Source: Candidatus Latescibacterota bacterium
GTDB lineage: Bacteria; Latescibacterota; UBA2968; UBA8231
Assembly (NCBI GenBank): GCA_964291625.2
Contig: OZ220089.1
Location: 3,840,001 to 3,904,000, forward strand
Length of the DNA: 64,000 nt
Direction of reading: 5' to 3'
Both the position numbers and the translations under genes were made by a program. Under the pieces are notes generated by a model that saw only the letters and a list, made by a program, of their open reading frames with translations, searched no databases and was not told the DNA's origin. The first letter of the stretch is position 1, and each line of letters starts with the position of its first letter. This document shows, in pieces, positions 10,207 through 21,782 of the stretch.

Positions 10207-11153
10207 GCGCCGCCGCCGGCGGGTCTCCCGCCACGCCCGTGGAACCCGTCTGGCAGGTCCCCGCGCCCCTCTCCACCCACCCTGTGCGCGTCGACGACGA
10301 CACCGTCATCATCCTGCGGCGGCACGGGAATCCCTCGGGGCCCCGGCTCGTCCTCAGCCACGGGAACGGACTCGCCATCGACCTCTACTACCCGTTCTGG
10401 TCCCTCCTGGCGGCCGACTTCGACCTGGTGGTCCACGACCTGAGGAACCACGGCTGGAACGGCGCCGGAGCCCTGGAAGCCCACGACTTCGACGCCTTCG
10501 CCCGGGACCATGATCGCATTTCGGAAGCGATCGCCGCGCTCTTCGGCGACAAACCCACCGTCGGCGTCTTCCATTCCATCTCGGCCCTGGCCGGGCTGCA
10601 CCTTCCTTCGCGGGGCGGCCACTACTCCGCCATGGTGCTCTTCGCTCCCCCCCTCTGCAGCCCCGGCACCGGGTACACGCAGATCGAGCTGCAGGCCGGG
10701 AGAATGGCCGGCATGCTCCGGCGCCGTGCAACGAGGTTTCGAGCCAGGGAAGACCTCGTGGAGCTGCATACCTGGCTGCCCTATTTCCAGCGGGCCGTGC
10801 CCGGCGTGCTGGAGCTGTTGGCCAGGACCCTCCTCAAGGAGTCGGAGACCGGAGAGGGCTACGAGCTTCGATGTCCTCGCGAGCACGAGGCCCGGATCTG
10901 GGACCAGGCCCCGGGGCCGGCGGTGTCGGTGGACTTCGGCTCCCTGCGATGCCCCACCACGGTCATCCGCTCCGATCCCGCCCTGGAGCCGGACCGTCCG
11001 GAGTTCAACCCTCCTGACGCCGCGGGTGTCGACCACGAGTTCCTCCCTGGAACGACACACTTCCTGCAGCTCGAGAAGCCGGAGGAATGCGTCGCGGCGA
11101 CGCTGGAGTTCCTCGCGCGGCAGGGCATCGTCGAGGAGAGCGCCGCCCCTTGA
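10203..11153 (+). CDS. Alpha/beta hydrolase fold protein
   Basis: LVLSHGNG, DLRNHG, FHSIS elbow, C-terminal THFLQLEKP; TTG start overlapping the upstream TGA (inferred). Confidence 0.75.
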   Translation: MSAAAGGSPATPVEPVWQVPAPLSTHPVRVDDDTVIILRRHGNPSGPRLVLSHGNGLAIDLYYPFWSLLAADFDLVVHDLRNHGWNGAGALEAHDFDAFARDHDRISEAIAALFGDKPTVGVFHSISALAGLHLPSRGGHYSAMVLFAPPLCSPGTGYTQIELQAGRMAGMLRRRATRFRAREDLVELHTWLPYFQRAVPGVLELLARTLLKESETGEGYELRCPREHEARIWDQAPGPAVSVDFGSLRCPTTVIRSDPALEPDRPEFNPPDAAGVDHEFLPGTTHFLQLEKPEECVAATLEFLARQGIVEESAAP

Positions 11154-11758
11154 GCCGGCGCCGCCGGCAGGTCTCCGGCCTCGAGGAGTCCGGCTTCGAG
11201 GTCCGCAGCCGCGACCTCCACATCCCATACGACGAGTACGCCCGCCGCCCCAAGTTCCCCGTCGTCCTGGTGCTGGACAACCTGCGCTCCGCCTTCAACG
11301 TGGGGGCCCTCTTCCGGGTCGCCGACACCGCCCGGCTGGCGGGGCTGCTCACCTGCGGCCACACCGCCCATCCGCCCCATCCGCGCCTCGACAAGACCGC
11401 CCTCGGCAGCCTCGACTACGTGGCCGGCGGGCACTTCCCGACGACGGAGGAGGCCGTCGGCCGTCTGCGGGACGACGGCGTCCCCGTGTGGGCCCTGGAG
11501 ACGACGTCGCGCAGCCGCCACTACGCGCGGGTGAGCTACCCGCGGCCGGTGGCCCTCGTTCTCGGCAACGAGGCCCTCGGGGTGCAGCCCTCGGTGCTGG
11601 AGAGCTGCGACGAGCTGGTGGAGGTGCCCGTCTTCGGCTTCAAGAACTCCCTCAACGTCGCCGCCGCCGCGGCGGTCGTGGTCTACGAGATCCTGCGCCA
11701 GTGGGACTACGAGCCCGGGGACGAGGCCGCGGCCTTGCGCTTCTGCAGTCGGAGGTAG
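11150..11758 (+). CDS. TrmH/SpoU family RNA methyltransferase
   Basis: LDNLRSAFNVGALFR, LVLGNEALG, SLNVAAA (SPOUT motifs). Confidence 0.9.
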   Translation: MSRRRRQVSGLEESGFEVRSRDLHIPYDEYARRPKFPVVLVLDNLRSAFNVGALFRVADTARLAGLLTCGHTAHPPHPRLDKTALGSLDYVAGGHFPTTEEAVGRLRDDGVPVWALETTSRSRHYARVSYPRPVALVLGNEALGVQPSVLESCDELVEVPVFGFKNSLNVAAAAAVVVYEILRQWDYEPGDEAAALRFCSRR

Positions 11759-12975
11759 CGGCGGGCCAGGTCGCGGGTGCCCTCGTGGTCGGGCAGCTCG
11801 AGGACGCGCCGGAAGCGGACCCCGGCGGCGTCGAGGTCGCCCAGCTCCTCCAGGGCGATCCCCATGTAGAGGTTGGCCATCGGCACGTACCCCCGGACCG
11901 ACTGGACCTTCGCCTTCTTCCCGAGTCCGTAGGAGAGGCTGTCGGCGGCGGCCAGGGCGCGCACCGCATGCCGGAGCCGGGCCTGGCGCTGGGCGTGGCG
12001 GCCGATGTAGTAGAGGGCCTCGATGTGGCCCCGCGTGTGGTATCCCCGGTCGCCGCCGCGGCTGCGGCGCGCCACCTCCTCGTAGACCGCCGCGCCCTCG
12101 CGCCAGCGCCCGACGCCGACGAGGGCGCGCCCGACGTAGCGGTGAAAGAGGGAGTTGTCCGGGTAGCGCCGGTGAAGCTGCTGGAGGTAGGGCAGGGCGG
12201 CGGCGTCGTCCTCCTCGAAGAGGCGGTGGATCTGGGCCAGGAAGTAGAGGGCCTCGGTGCGGGCGTAGCGCCCCTCGCGGCCCACCTGCCGAAGCTGCTC
12301 CAGCCCGAGCTCCTTGTCGCCGCCGGGGAGCAGCAACATGACCGGCCGCACCACCGGGTGGCGCCGGGGGATCACCTCGGCGAAGTAGTTGTAGACCCCC
12401 TGGCCGAAGAGGATGTCCTTGTTCTCCGGCTCCAGGCTGCGGCTCTTCTCCAGCAGCGGCAGGGAGAGCAGCCCGTCGTGGGCCGCCTTCAGGAACTGGC
12501 GCCGGTCGCCGCGCAGCCGCCCCCGGAAGCCGATGGCGCCGCCCTTGAAGAGGATGGCGTCGAAGTCGTCGGGGTCGGCCTCCAGCCGCCGGTCGCAGAC
12601 GTCGATGCAGCGCTGCAGCAGCGCGTAGAACGCCTCGTCGTGGGAGCGGTCCTCCAGGTCGACGAGGATCCGCCACCAGGTGACCGAGGCCAGGAAGAAG
12701 TGGCCCAGGGGGTGGTCCGGATCGGCGGCGATGATGCCCTCGAAGTAGCGCTCGGCCTCTTCGAAGCGCAGGCTGTAGATCAGGTCGATGCCGGCGTGGA
12801 TGCGCGGGTCGGAGGGGCCGCGCAGGGTGAAGGGGGCGTCCGGTGCGGGCTGCTCCTGTGCCCCGGCCCCCGGGGGCTGCAGCAGGATCCCCGCCAGGGT
12901 CAGGGCGCCGAAGGCTCGGGCGGGGCGGATTGCGGCCCTCCGAATCAGTCCGCTTGTTATGCCGGCTCGGCTCAT
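11707..12975 (-). CDS. Secreted TPR-repeat protein
   Basis: Signal-like N-terminus, several TPR-like helical repeats (EALYFLAQI, EALYYIG, ANLYMGIALEELG). Confidence 0.75.
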   Translation of the reverse strand: MSRAGITSGLIRRAAIRPARAFGALTLAGILLQPPGAGAQEQPAPDAPFTLRGPSDPRIHAGIDLIYSLRFEEAERYFEGIIAADPDHPLGHFFLASVTWWRILVDLEDRSHDEAFYALLQRCIDVCDRRLEADPDDFDAILFKGGAIGFRGRLRGDRRQFLKAAHDGLLSLPLLEKSRSLEPENKDILFGQGVYNYFAEVIPRRHPVVRPVMLLLPGGDKELGLEQLRQVGREGRYARTEALYFLAQIHRLFEEDDAAALPYLQQLHRRYPDNSLFHRYVGRALVGVGRWREGAAVYEEVARRSRGGDRGYHTRGHIEALYYIGRHAQRQARLRHAVRALAAADSLSYGLGKKAKVQSVRGYVPMANLYMGIALEELGDLDAAGVRFRRVLELPDHEGTRDLARRYLRLQKRKAAASSPGS

Positions 12976-13044
12976 GGGAGGCGGAACGGGCGGAGACGGG
13001 GGGAGTCCATGCAAGTGGGAGGCATCATGGGGAAAGGGTACGAC

Positions 13045-14430
13045 ATGTCCGCATCGGGCATCGATCACGACGTCATCGTCGTCGGCGGCGGGTCGGCGGG
13101 GTACGCGGCGGCGCGCACGGCCCGCGACGAGGGCGCCGACGTGGCCATCGTCGACCCGGGGCCGCTGGGAGGCCTGTGCATCCTGCGGGGCTGCATGCCG
13201 AGCAAGTCGGTGCTGCGCTCCTCGGACGTCATGTCCCTGATCCGCCGGGCCCCGGAGTTCGGCCTGTCGGCGCCGGATCCCGGCGCCGACCTGGAGGCGA
13301 TCATCGACCGCAAGGACCGCCTGATCCGCGAGTTCGCCGACTACCGCGTCGAGCAGCTGCGCGGCTTCACCCTCTATGAGTCACCGGCGCGCTTCACCGG
13401 TTCCCGCCAGATCGAGGTCGGCGGCCGCCGGCTGCGGGCCCGCGCCTTCGTCATCGCCACCGGGTCCGCCATCAGCCGGCCGCCGATCCCCGGCCTGGAG
13501 GAGACCGGTTTCATCACCTCCGACGACGCCCTCGACCTGCGCGATCTGCCCGAATCGATGGTCGTCCTCGGCGGCGGCCCCATCGCCTGCGAGCTGGCCC
13601 AGTTCTACTGCCGCCTCGGCGTGAGGACGGTGATGATCCAGCGCAGCGGCCACATCCTGTCGCAGACCGACGAGGACCTGGCGCGCCCCGTGGAGGCCCG
13701 TTTCCGCGAGGAGGGCATGGAGCTCTACACCGGCACGAAGCTGCACCGCCTCGAGCGCGCCGACGGCGCGGCCTCGGTCCACTTCCGCCACGGCGAGGAG
13801 GAGCGCACCGCCTCGGGGCAGGTCGTCTTCCAGGCCCTGGGCCGGCGGCCGAACACCGACGGCCTCGGCCTGGACGCCGCCGGCGTGGAGGTCGACCGCC
13901 GCATCCTCGTGGACGACGCCATGCGCACCAGCCAGCCCCACATCTTCGCCGCCGGCGACGTCAACGGCCTCCACGAGATCGTCCACATCGCCGTGCTCCA
14001 GGGCGAGGCGGCCGGCTACAACGCCGTCCACCTGCAGGGGGAGCCGCGGCGCCTCGACTCGCGCCTCGACATGGCCGTCACCTTCACCGACCCGGCGGTG
14101 GCCACCCTCGGCCGCCTGGAGAGGCAGTGCCGGGCCGAGGGCATCCCCCACCTGGCCGCCAGCTATCCCTTCGACGACCACGGCAAGTCGATGACCCTGG
14201 GCGAGCTGCACGGCCACGCCAAGATCCTCTGCGATCCCGCTACCGGCGAGATCCTCGGCGCCGGCATCGTCGGGCCCGAGGCCGGCGAGCTGATCCACGA
14301 GCTGGCCGCGGTGATGTACTTCCGCGGCACCGTGCGCCAACTGATGGAGATCCCCCACTACCACCCGACCCTGGCCGAGATCCTCACCTATCCCGCCGAG
14401 GAACTGGCCGACCAACTGCAGGGAGACTGA
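13045..14430 (+). CDS. Class I pyridine nucleotide-disulfide oxidoreductase (lipoamide dehydrogenase/MerA/RclA-like)
   Basis: GGGSAG FAD motif, GGLCILRGCMPSK redox disulfide, ATG, AAGD, HPTLAE; no MerA C-terminal CC. Confidence 0.88.
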   Translation: MSASGIDHDVIVVGGGSAGYAAARTARDEGADVAIVDPGPLGGLCILRGCMPSKSVLRSSDVMSLIRRAPEFGLSAPDPGADLEAIIDRKDRLIREFADYRVEQLRGFTLYESPARFTGSRQIEVGGRRLRARAFVIATGSAISRPPIPGLEETGFITSDDALDLRDLPESMVVLGGGPIACELAQFYCRLGVRTVMIQRSGHILSQTDEDLARPVEARFREEGMELYTGTKLHRLERADGAASVHFRHGEEERTASGQVVFQALGRRPNTDGLGLDAAGVEVDRRILVDDAMRTSQPHIFAAGDVNGLHEIVHIAVLQGEAAGYNAVHLQGEPRRLDSRLDMAVTFTDPAVATLGRLERQCRAEGIPHLAASYPFDDHGKSMTLGELHGHAKILCDPATGEILGAGIVGPEAGELIHELAAVMYFRGTVRQLMEIPHYHPTLAEILTYPAEELADQLQGD

Positions 14431-14433
14431 ACG

Positions 14434-14814
14434 ATGAAGATCCGCGGCACCGATTTCGTCTACTACCAGACCGGGGACATCGACCGGTCCATCGCCTTCT
14501 ACCGGGACACCCTCGGCCTCGAGCTGGAGGGCTACTACGAGCAGATGCGCTGGGCCGAGTTCGACGCCGGCAACACGACCCTGGTCCTCAACGACCCGTC
14601 GATCCTGGGCGTCGGCATCGAGCCCCGGCCCGGGGGAGGGGCGGCCGCCCTGGCCGTGGAGGACCTGGCCGCCGCCATGGAGGAGCTGGAGGGCAAGGAC
14701 GTGACCGTCGTCTTCCCGGCCCAGGAGAGCCCCATCTGCCATCTCTCCTGCATCGAGGACCCCGACGGCAACCACGTCTGGCTCCACCAGCGCAAGGACG
14801 GCACCTTCGGCTGA
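14434..14814 (+). CDS. VOC/glyoxalase family protein
   Basis: DIDRSIAFYRDTLGL ... EDPDGNHVWL. Confidence 0.88.
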   Translation: MKIRGTDFVYYQTGDIDRSIAFYRDTLGLELEGYYEQMRWAEFDAGNTTLVLNDPSILGVGIEPRPGGGAAALAVEDLAAAMEELEGKDVTVVFPAQESPICHLSCIEDPDGNHVWLHQRKDGTFG

Positions 14815-14887
14815 TCGCGGGGTATACCCACAGGATCTGACTACTGGCACCGCCCGTCTAACCTGTAGCGTATATTGGAGGACCCAA

Positions 14888-15310
14888 ATGGCGAGGAACC
14901 GTCCCCGTCCTCAACTCACCGATGACGAGCTTAGGACATTGGCCTCAAGAGCTCGCTATGAGGGAAGTGCCGAGCACAAGGTGGAGCGCTGGTGGGGAGG
15001 GCTTCCCGAGGGGAGTCAGATGCCCGGAGGGGGGACAGGAAGGCCCTGGAAGCAGAGCACCTCGATCTGTCCCCTCGTTGACCTCGCCGGAAAGAGGCGG
15101 GCTACAAGGATGCTCCGGAAGGCCATCACCAATGGTCAGTTCGAGTTTCTCGAGAGAGATAGAGACTTCCCCTCAAGGGTCTGGTACGAGGATAGGGAGG
15201 GCACACTCTGGAGTGGAAGTTGCTTCAACGGAGAGAGCGGAGAGTACAAGGGATGGCCCCTGACGCCTTCGGAGAAGCAGGACTTCAAGAAAAAGAAGAA
15301 GATCCCATGA
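14888..15310 (+). CDS. Small basic hypothetical protein (candidate toxin/effector)
   Basis: 140-aa ORF with GGAGG RBS, visibly lower GC, stop overlaps the next start (ATGA). Confidence 0.7.
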   Translation: MARNRPRPQLTDDELRTLASRARYEGSAEHKVERWWGGLPEGSQMPGGGTGRPWKQSTSICPLVDLAGKRRATRMLRKAITNGQFEFLERDRDFPSRVWYEDREGTLWSGSCFNGESGEYKGWPLTPSEKQDFKKKKKIP

Positions 15311-16554
15311 GGTTCGAGAGGGAGTGGATCGATTCCGGCCCCAACAAGTCGGAAGAGGAATCGGCCACTCTCTGCTATCTCCAGATCTGGCTTGGGAACA
15401 ACAACACCTGCAGGTTCCTCGATGCAAGGGAGAAGGCAGCCCATGAGTGGCTGCTCATGCCAGCTGTCAACCTTGCCGAAGGCCTGGCGATGGATTGGTG
15501 GAGCATCTTCGGGAAGAGGGACTACGAGCACCGCCTGCTGCTTCACAGACGTGGCTACCTGGTTCCCGATCTTGTTCTTGAATTCGATGGAACCCGATTC
15601 AGGATCTCCAGCAGGGGAGGATCCTGGCCGGAGGAAGTGCATTTCCATCCATGTGATCCGGCGTTCCTTTCCGAAGAAGAGCTCAGATCGACGGTTGGCG
15701 GCTTCATCGAAGACGTCGTGTCCCGTCTTCGGGGAAGGGGTATAGAGGACTGCACAACGGTATCCAGGTGGAGCAGAATACAGGAGTCTCTCGGAGACCC
15801 GGGAGAAACTCTCTTCTGCGAAGCTGCCGGAGCCCTTGAGCTTGACCCCTACTTCATGTCGGAGGCTGATGAGCGATTCATCGAAGGCATGGTCGAGCTC
15901 TTTCGCGACAGGGAATCGTTGGTCGAATTCCTTTCGGGCGTATCGGAGTACTCTTCGAATCGAAGACGGATCAAGGACTGGATGGACCAGATGGATGCCC
16001 GGTCCAGGGAAGAGTCAGAGCTGCCCGGTCTTCCAGGAATCGCTGAACAAGTGAGGGACCACCTGGGGAGTCGTGCAGATCGACCTTGGGCCATCGGATA
16101 TCGTGCGGCCAAGAAGTTCCGTGACCTCTTCCCGGGATCCTGGGTCCCCTCTTTCCGGGACTTGTCCACTTGCTTGGGAGCCCCCGAGTTCGCGGCCGTA
16201 GACTCGGACCCTCTTCCTGGCATCTTCGCCATGGGCTCTGCCGGAGAGGGTTCCCCCCGGGTCCACTTGCGCAAGCGGACCTCTCAGGAGGACCAGAACT
16301 TCGACTTTGCCAGAGCAGTGGGCTACGTAACCTGCTTCCCTGACTCTTCAAGATTCGTGGTCAACAACCTGCATCGATCGAGCCGGCAGGCCGTTACTCG
16401 AGCCTTTGCCGCGGAGTTGCTGGCCCCGGGAGAGATCGTCTCGGACATGCACGAGGAAGGCCATGACACCTACCTCATTGCCGATCGTCTCGGGGTTCCG
16501 ACCCAGGTTGTACAGCACCAGTTGGAGAACAGGCGCCGGATAGCTGCCGCTTAG
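15307..16554 (+). CDS. ImmA/IrrE (DUF955)-like protein with a degenerate zinc motif
   Basis: C-terminal QEDQNFDFARAVG...RAFAAELLAP...IADRLGVPTQVV pattern; HExxH is absent. Confidence 0.65.
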   Translation: MRFEREWIDSGPNKSEEESATLCYLQIWLGNNNTCRFLDAREKAAHEWLLMPAVNLAEGLAMDWWSIFGKRDYEHRLLLHRRGYLVPDLVLEFDGTRFRISSRGGSWPEEVHFHPCDPAFLSEEELRSTVGGFIEDVVSRLRGRGIEDCTTVSRWSRIQESLGDPGETLFCEAAGALELDPYFMSEADERFIEGMVELFRDRESLVEFLSGVSEYSSNRRRIKDWMDQMDARSREESELPGLPGIAEQVRDHLGSRADRPWAIGYRAAKKFRDLFPGSWVPSFRDLSTCLGAPEFAAVDSDPLPGIFAMGSAGEGSPRVHLRKRTSQEDQNFDFARAVGYVTCFPDSSRFVVNNLHRSSRQAVTRAFAAELLAPGEIVSDMHEEGHDTYLIADRLGVPTQVVQHQLENRRRIAAA

Positions 16555-16681
16555 TTCGAGACCGCTCCACTTGGTGCGGCTGCAAGCGCCTATGGCGATC
16601 TCGCAGTAGCTCTCGCAGACCCCGACCCCGACGCCGACGCTGTTTCACCCCCAGGCTCTCGCCCTCCAGGCGGGTACTGCG

Positions 16682-17995
<1,314 letters not shown>

Positions 17996-18082
17996 GGAAG
18001 CAGCTCCTGGCTGGGTGGGGGAGAATCGGCGAGGGGAGCCCCCGCCGCGCACCGAAGCTAGGCCTTCCATCTCATTGCACAA

Positions 18083-18119
18083 ATCGATACTTTCTATGTA
18101 AACCATAGACATATTCTAT
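18083..18119. promoter_or_regulatory. Tandem LysR operator: ATCG-N7-CTAT-N7-ATAG-N7-CTAT
   Basis: ATCGATACTTTCTAT (18083-18097) and ATAGACATATTCTAT (18105-18119) in the AT-rich gap between divergent ino1 and lysR. Confidence 0.8.
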
Positions 18120-18127
18120 CATTAGAG

Positions 18128-19048
18128 ATGAATCTCCAGCACCTCCGCTACTTCCTCGCCGCCGCCCGGGGCGGGGGCTTCACCCAGGCCGCCCGCGCCC
18201 TGCACGTGACCCAGCCCACCGTCTCCAGCGCCATCGCCGAGCTGGAGCAGTCCCTGGGGGTGCGCCTCTTTCACCGCGGCCGGCAGGTGGAGCTGACCGC
18301 CGAGGGCCGCCGCCTCGTGGACTTCGCGGTGCGCATCGAGGACCTCGTCGACGAGGCCCGGGAGAGCGTCGGCGTCGGCGAGCCGACGACGGGCGACGGT
18401 TTCCGCTTCGGCGCCATCGACGCCGCCGTCATCTACCTGCTGCCGGAGGTGCTGCGGGGCTTCGTGGCCGCCCACCCGGGGGTGGAGCTGGCCATCGAGG
18501 TGGGGCCCTCCTCCCGCCACCTGGTGGAGGAGGTGCTGGCCAACCGCTCGGAGTTCGCCGTCATCTCCCTGCCCTTCGAGGACCCGCGGCTGTGCACCCT
18601 GCCCGTGCTGCGCGACGAGATGCCCCTCGTGGTCGGCGCCGGGCATCCCCTGGCGGGGCGCCGGCGGATCTCCCTGGAGCAGGTGGCGCGCGAGCCCCTG
18701 ATCCTGTTCCCGCCGGGGTCGGTGTCGCGCCGTATCGTCGACGAGGGCCTGGCCGAGGCCGGGGTGGCGCCGCGGGCGGCGATGGAGATGGGCAGCCCCG
18801 AGGCGATGCGCAAGCTGGTGGAGGCCGGCATCGGCATCTCCTTCCTGCCGCGCCTGGCCGTGGCCGAGTCGCTGGGAAGCGGCGCCCTGCGCGAGGTCCG
18901 GGTCACCGGGCTGACCTTGTCGCGGTGGATCGGGCTCGCCTGGCGCCGGGGCCGCTGGTTCGGGCCCGCCGTCCGCGCCCTGGTGGAGGCGTTTCTCGAG
19001 GTTCACGGACTGGTCGGCGACTGGCGCTCCGCCGCGGTCGAGGCCTGA
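18128..19048 (+). CDS. LysR family transcriptional regulator
   Basis: MNLQHLRYF...FTQAARALHVTQPTVS...LE..LGVRLF HTH, followed by a substrate-binding domain. Confidence 0.95.
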   Translation: MNLQHLRYFLAAARGGGFTQAARALHVTQPTVSSAIAELEQSLGVRLFHRGRQVELTAEGRRLVDFAVRIEDLVDEARESVGVGEPTTGDGFRFGAIDAAVIYLLPEVLRGFVAAHPGVELAIEVGPSSRHLVEEVLANRSEFAVISLPFEDPRLCTLPVLRDEMPLVVGAGHPLAGRRRISLEQVAREPLILFPPGSVSRRIVDEGLAEAGVAPRAAMEMGSPEAMRKLVEAGIGISFLPRLAVAESLGSGALREVRVTGLTLSRWIGLAWRRGRWFGPAVRALVEAFLEVHGLVGDWRSAAVEA

Positions 19049-19090
19049 CGGAGGCGCCCTCTCGCCTCGGAACGGCCTGCCGCAGGCGCC

Positions 19091-19666
19091 TCAGCGGGAA
19101 TCGGCAGCGGCAGGGCCGGTGCCACGCGCGGGCAGGTCCAGCCGCAGGGTCGGCCCATCCACCCGCGCCGCCACCTCCGAAGACCCGGCGGTCTCCGCCT
19201 CCAGCAAGGCGCCGGCGTCCTCCACCAGCGCCGCCACGTCGGCGCCGAGAAAGACCGGGTGCCGGGCGGCCACGCCCCGCAGCCGCCCACGGCTGCGCCG
19301 CCACAGCCGCCGCCGCCCGCGGGGGTTGCCGGCGTGCCACTTGATCAGCGCCGCCGCCAGCTGGATCAGCCCCTGCAGGTAGGTCCGCGTGGTCTCGTCC
19401 TCGGTGGCCCGCCAGGCCGCCTCCCACCACTCGTGGGACTCCCACCAGTAGGCGTGGTTGAACAGGTCCGCGCCGAAGAGGTAGGCGGGATGGGCGCTCC
19501 AGTTGGCATCGGTCAGGGGCCCGCTGGCCGGCTCGGGCCCGCCGTGGCCGTGGCCGCGGGGGTCGGTGCGCGGGTGGGGGGTCACGCCGGGCTCGTGGCG
19601 GTACGGCGGGAAGGGTGGACCGGGCGCGTAGCGGCCGATGCCCGGGTCGAAGGGGCGCGGCGGCAC
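19091..19666 (-). CDS. DUF309 domain protein
   Basis: LFNHAYWWESHEWWEAAW and QGLIQLAAA motifs. Confidence 0.85.
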   Translation of the reverse strand: MPPRPFDPGIGRYAPGPPFPPYRHEPGVTPHPRTDPRGHGHGGPEPASGPLTDANWSAHPAYLFGADLFNHAYWWESHEWWEAAWRATEDETTRTYLQGLIQLAAALIKWHAGNPRGRRRLWRRSRGRLRGVAARHPVFLGADVAALVEDAGALLEAETAGSSEVAARVDGPTLRLDLPARGTGPAAADSR

Positions 19667-19675
19667 CCTGGCGCC

Positions 19676-20740
<1,065 letters not shown>

Positions 20741-20775
20741 CGGCTTGATAAGCTACGGACCGGTGCGGACCGAGG

Positions 20776-21084
20776 CTACAGAAGGGAGCCCTTGTCGGTG
20801 ACCTTGTCCATGACGCGCACCTCCCGGCGGCGGATCATGGGCCGCAGGTCGTCGACGATGCGCAGCCACTCCGGGCTGTTGTAGTAGGCGTCGATCGCCT
20901 CGTCCCGCGCCTTGCGGCCGGGGAAGGCGCGCATCCAGGCGAACTCGTCCTCGCGGTCGGTCTCCCAGGCGGCGACGAAGGTGACGCCGTACTTCTTCAT
21001 GAACCGGCGGGCGCGGCGGAACTGGCGCACGAAGGCGGGCCTCTGGCCGGGGTGCAGGCGGTAGATGCGCAGCTCGTAGATCAT
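20776..21084 (-). CDS. NIPSNAP family protein
   Basis: MIYELRIYRLHPG...FAWMRAF...PEW; AGGAG RBS; ATGA overlap with the upstream gene. Confidence 0.85.
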   Translation of the reverse strand: MIYELRIYRLHPGQRPAFVRQFRRARRFMKKYGVTFVAAWETDREDEFAWMRAFPGRKARDEAIDAYYNSPEWLRIVDDLRPMIRRREVRVMDKVTDKGSLL

Positions 21085-21668
21085 GGGGCCTCTCTCCTCG
21101 GGTGCAGGCCGGAGGGGGTGGCGACGGCGTCGACGGCGACATCGTGGTCCTCGGTGGGGACCCGGTCGACGAAGAGCTCGTCGTAAATCAGACCGATCCT
21201 CTCGCCGCCGGCCAGCCCGGCGAGAAAGCGGTCGTACCAGCCGCCGCCGCGGCCGATGCGGCCTCCCCGCCGGTCGAAGAGCAGGCCCGGCACGAGGACG
21301 AGGTCCGCGGCGGGCTCGACGAACCGCGGACTCCGCGGCTGCAGCAGGCCCAGGGGGCCGCGGGAGAGCTCTCCGGGGCTGCCGATCTCGGCGTGGCGCA
21401 GCGACTCCCGGCGGCCGGCCACGACCGGCACGAGAACGCGCTTGCCCTGGGCCCGGGCGGCGCCGATGAGGGCGTGGGTGTCGATCTCCCCGGGGAGGCT
21501 GCCGACGTAGGTGTGCAGCGTCCGCGCGCGGGTCCAGGCGGGGGACTCGAGGACCCACCGGGTGATGCGCGCGCTCGCGGCGGCCCGGCGCCCGGGGGAC
21601 AGCTCTCCGAGAAGCCGGAGGGCCTCGCCGCGCCGGCGCGCCTTCTGCAGCGGGATCGGGTCGGTCAT
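21081..21668 (-). CDS. ygfA: 5-formyltetrahydrofolate cyclo-ligase
   Basis: EIDT, VLVP, DLVLVPGLLFDRRGGRIGRGGGWYDR, HDVAVD. Confidence 0.92.
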   Translation of the reverse strand: MTDPIPLQKARRRGEALRLLGELSPGRRAAASARITRWVLESPAWTRARTLHTYVGSLPGEIDTHALIGAARAQGKRVLVPVVAGRRESLRHAEIGSPGELSRGPLGLLQPRSPRFVEPAADLVLVPGLLFDRRGGRIGRGGGWYDRFLAGLAGGERIGLIYDELFVDRVPTEDHDVAVDAVATPSGLHPRREAP

Positions 21669-21782
21669 GGCGGGGGATGCAAGAGCCGTCCCCGACCGGC
21701 TGTCAACCGCCATGTGGACGCCCCGGCGGCCAATCGGTAGATTCGATAACTTCTTTGCAGCCAATCGATTGAACGAATCCCC

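Noticed and set aside
11707-11758. 52-nt convergent overlap of the trmH-like and TPR genes
   Set aside because: Short tail overlaps are common in GC-rich genomes; no sign of function
10510-14430. 1306-aa ORF as a giant fusion protein
   Set aside because: Only the part from 13045 is a real oxidoreductase; the upstream part is shadow frame over three other genes
13045-14430. merA
   Set aside because: No C-terminal Cys pair, no N-terminal HMA domain, no mer genes nearby
16555-16681. Short repeats (TCTCGCAG x2, GACCCC/GACGCC) as att sites of the lower-GC cassette
   Set aside because: No matching copy found at the left border of the cassette
18128-19048. oxyR
   Set aside because: The operator matches, but the GHCLR and second-Cys redox motif is absent
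21669-21782. 6S RNA upstream of ygfA
   Set aside because: The gap is only 114 nt, is shared with divergent uppS, and shows no long rod-like stem; only short GCCAATCG repeats and a CAATCGATTG palindrome of unknown meaning
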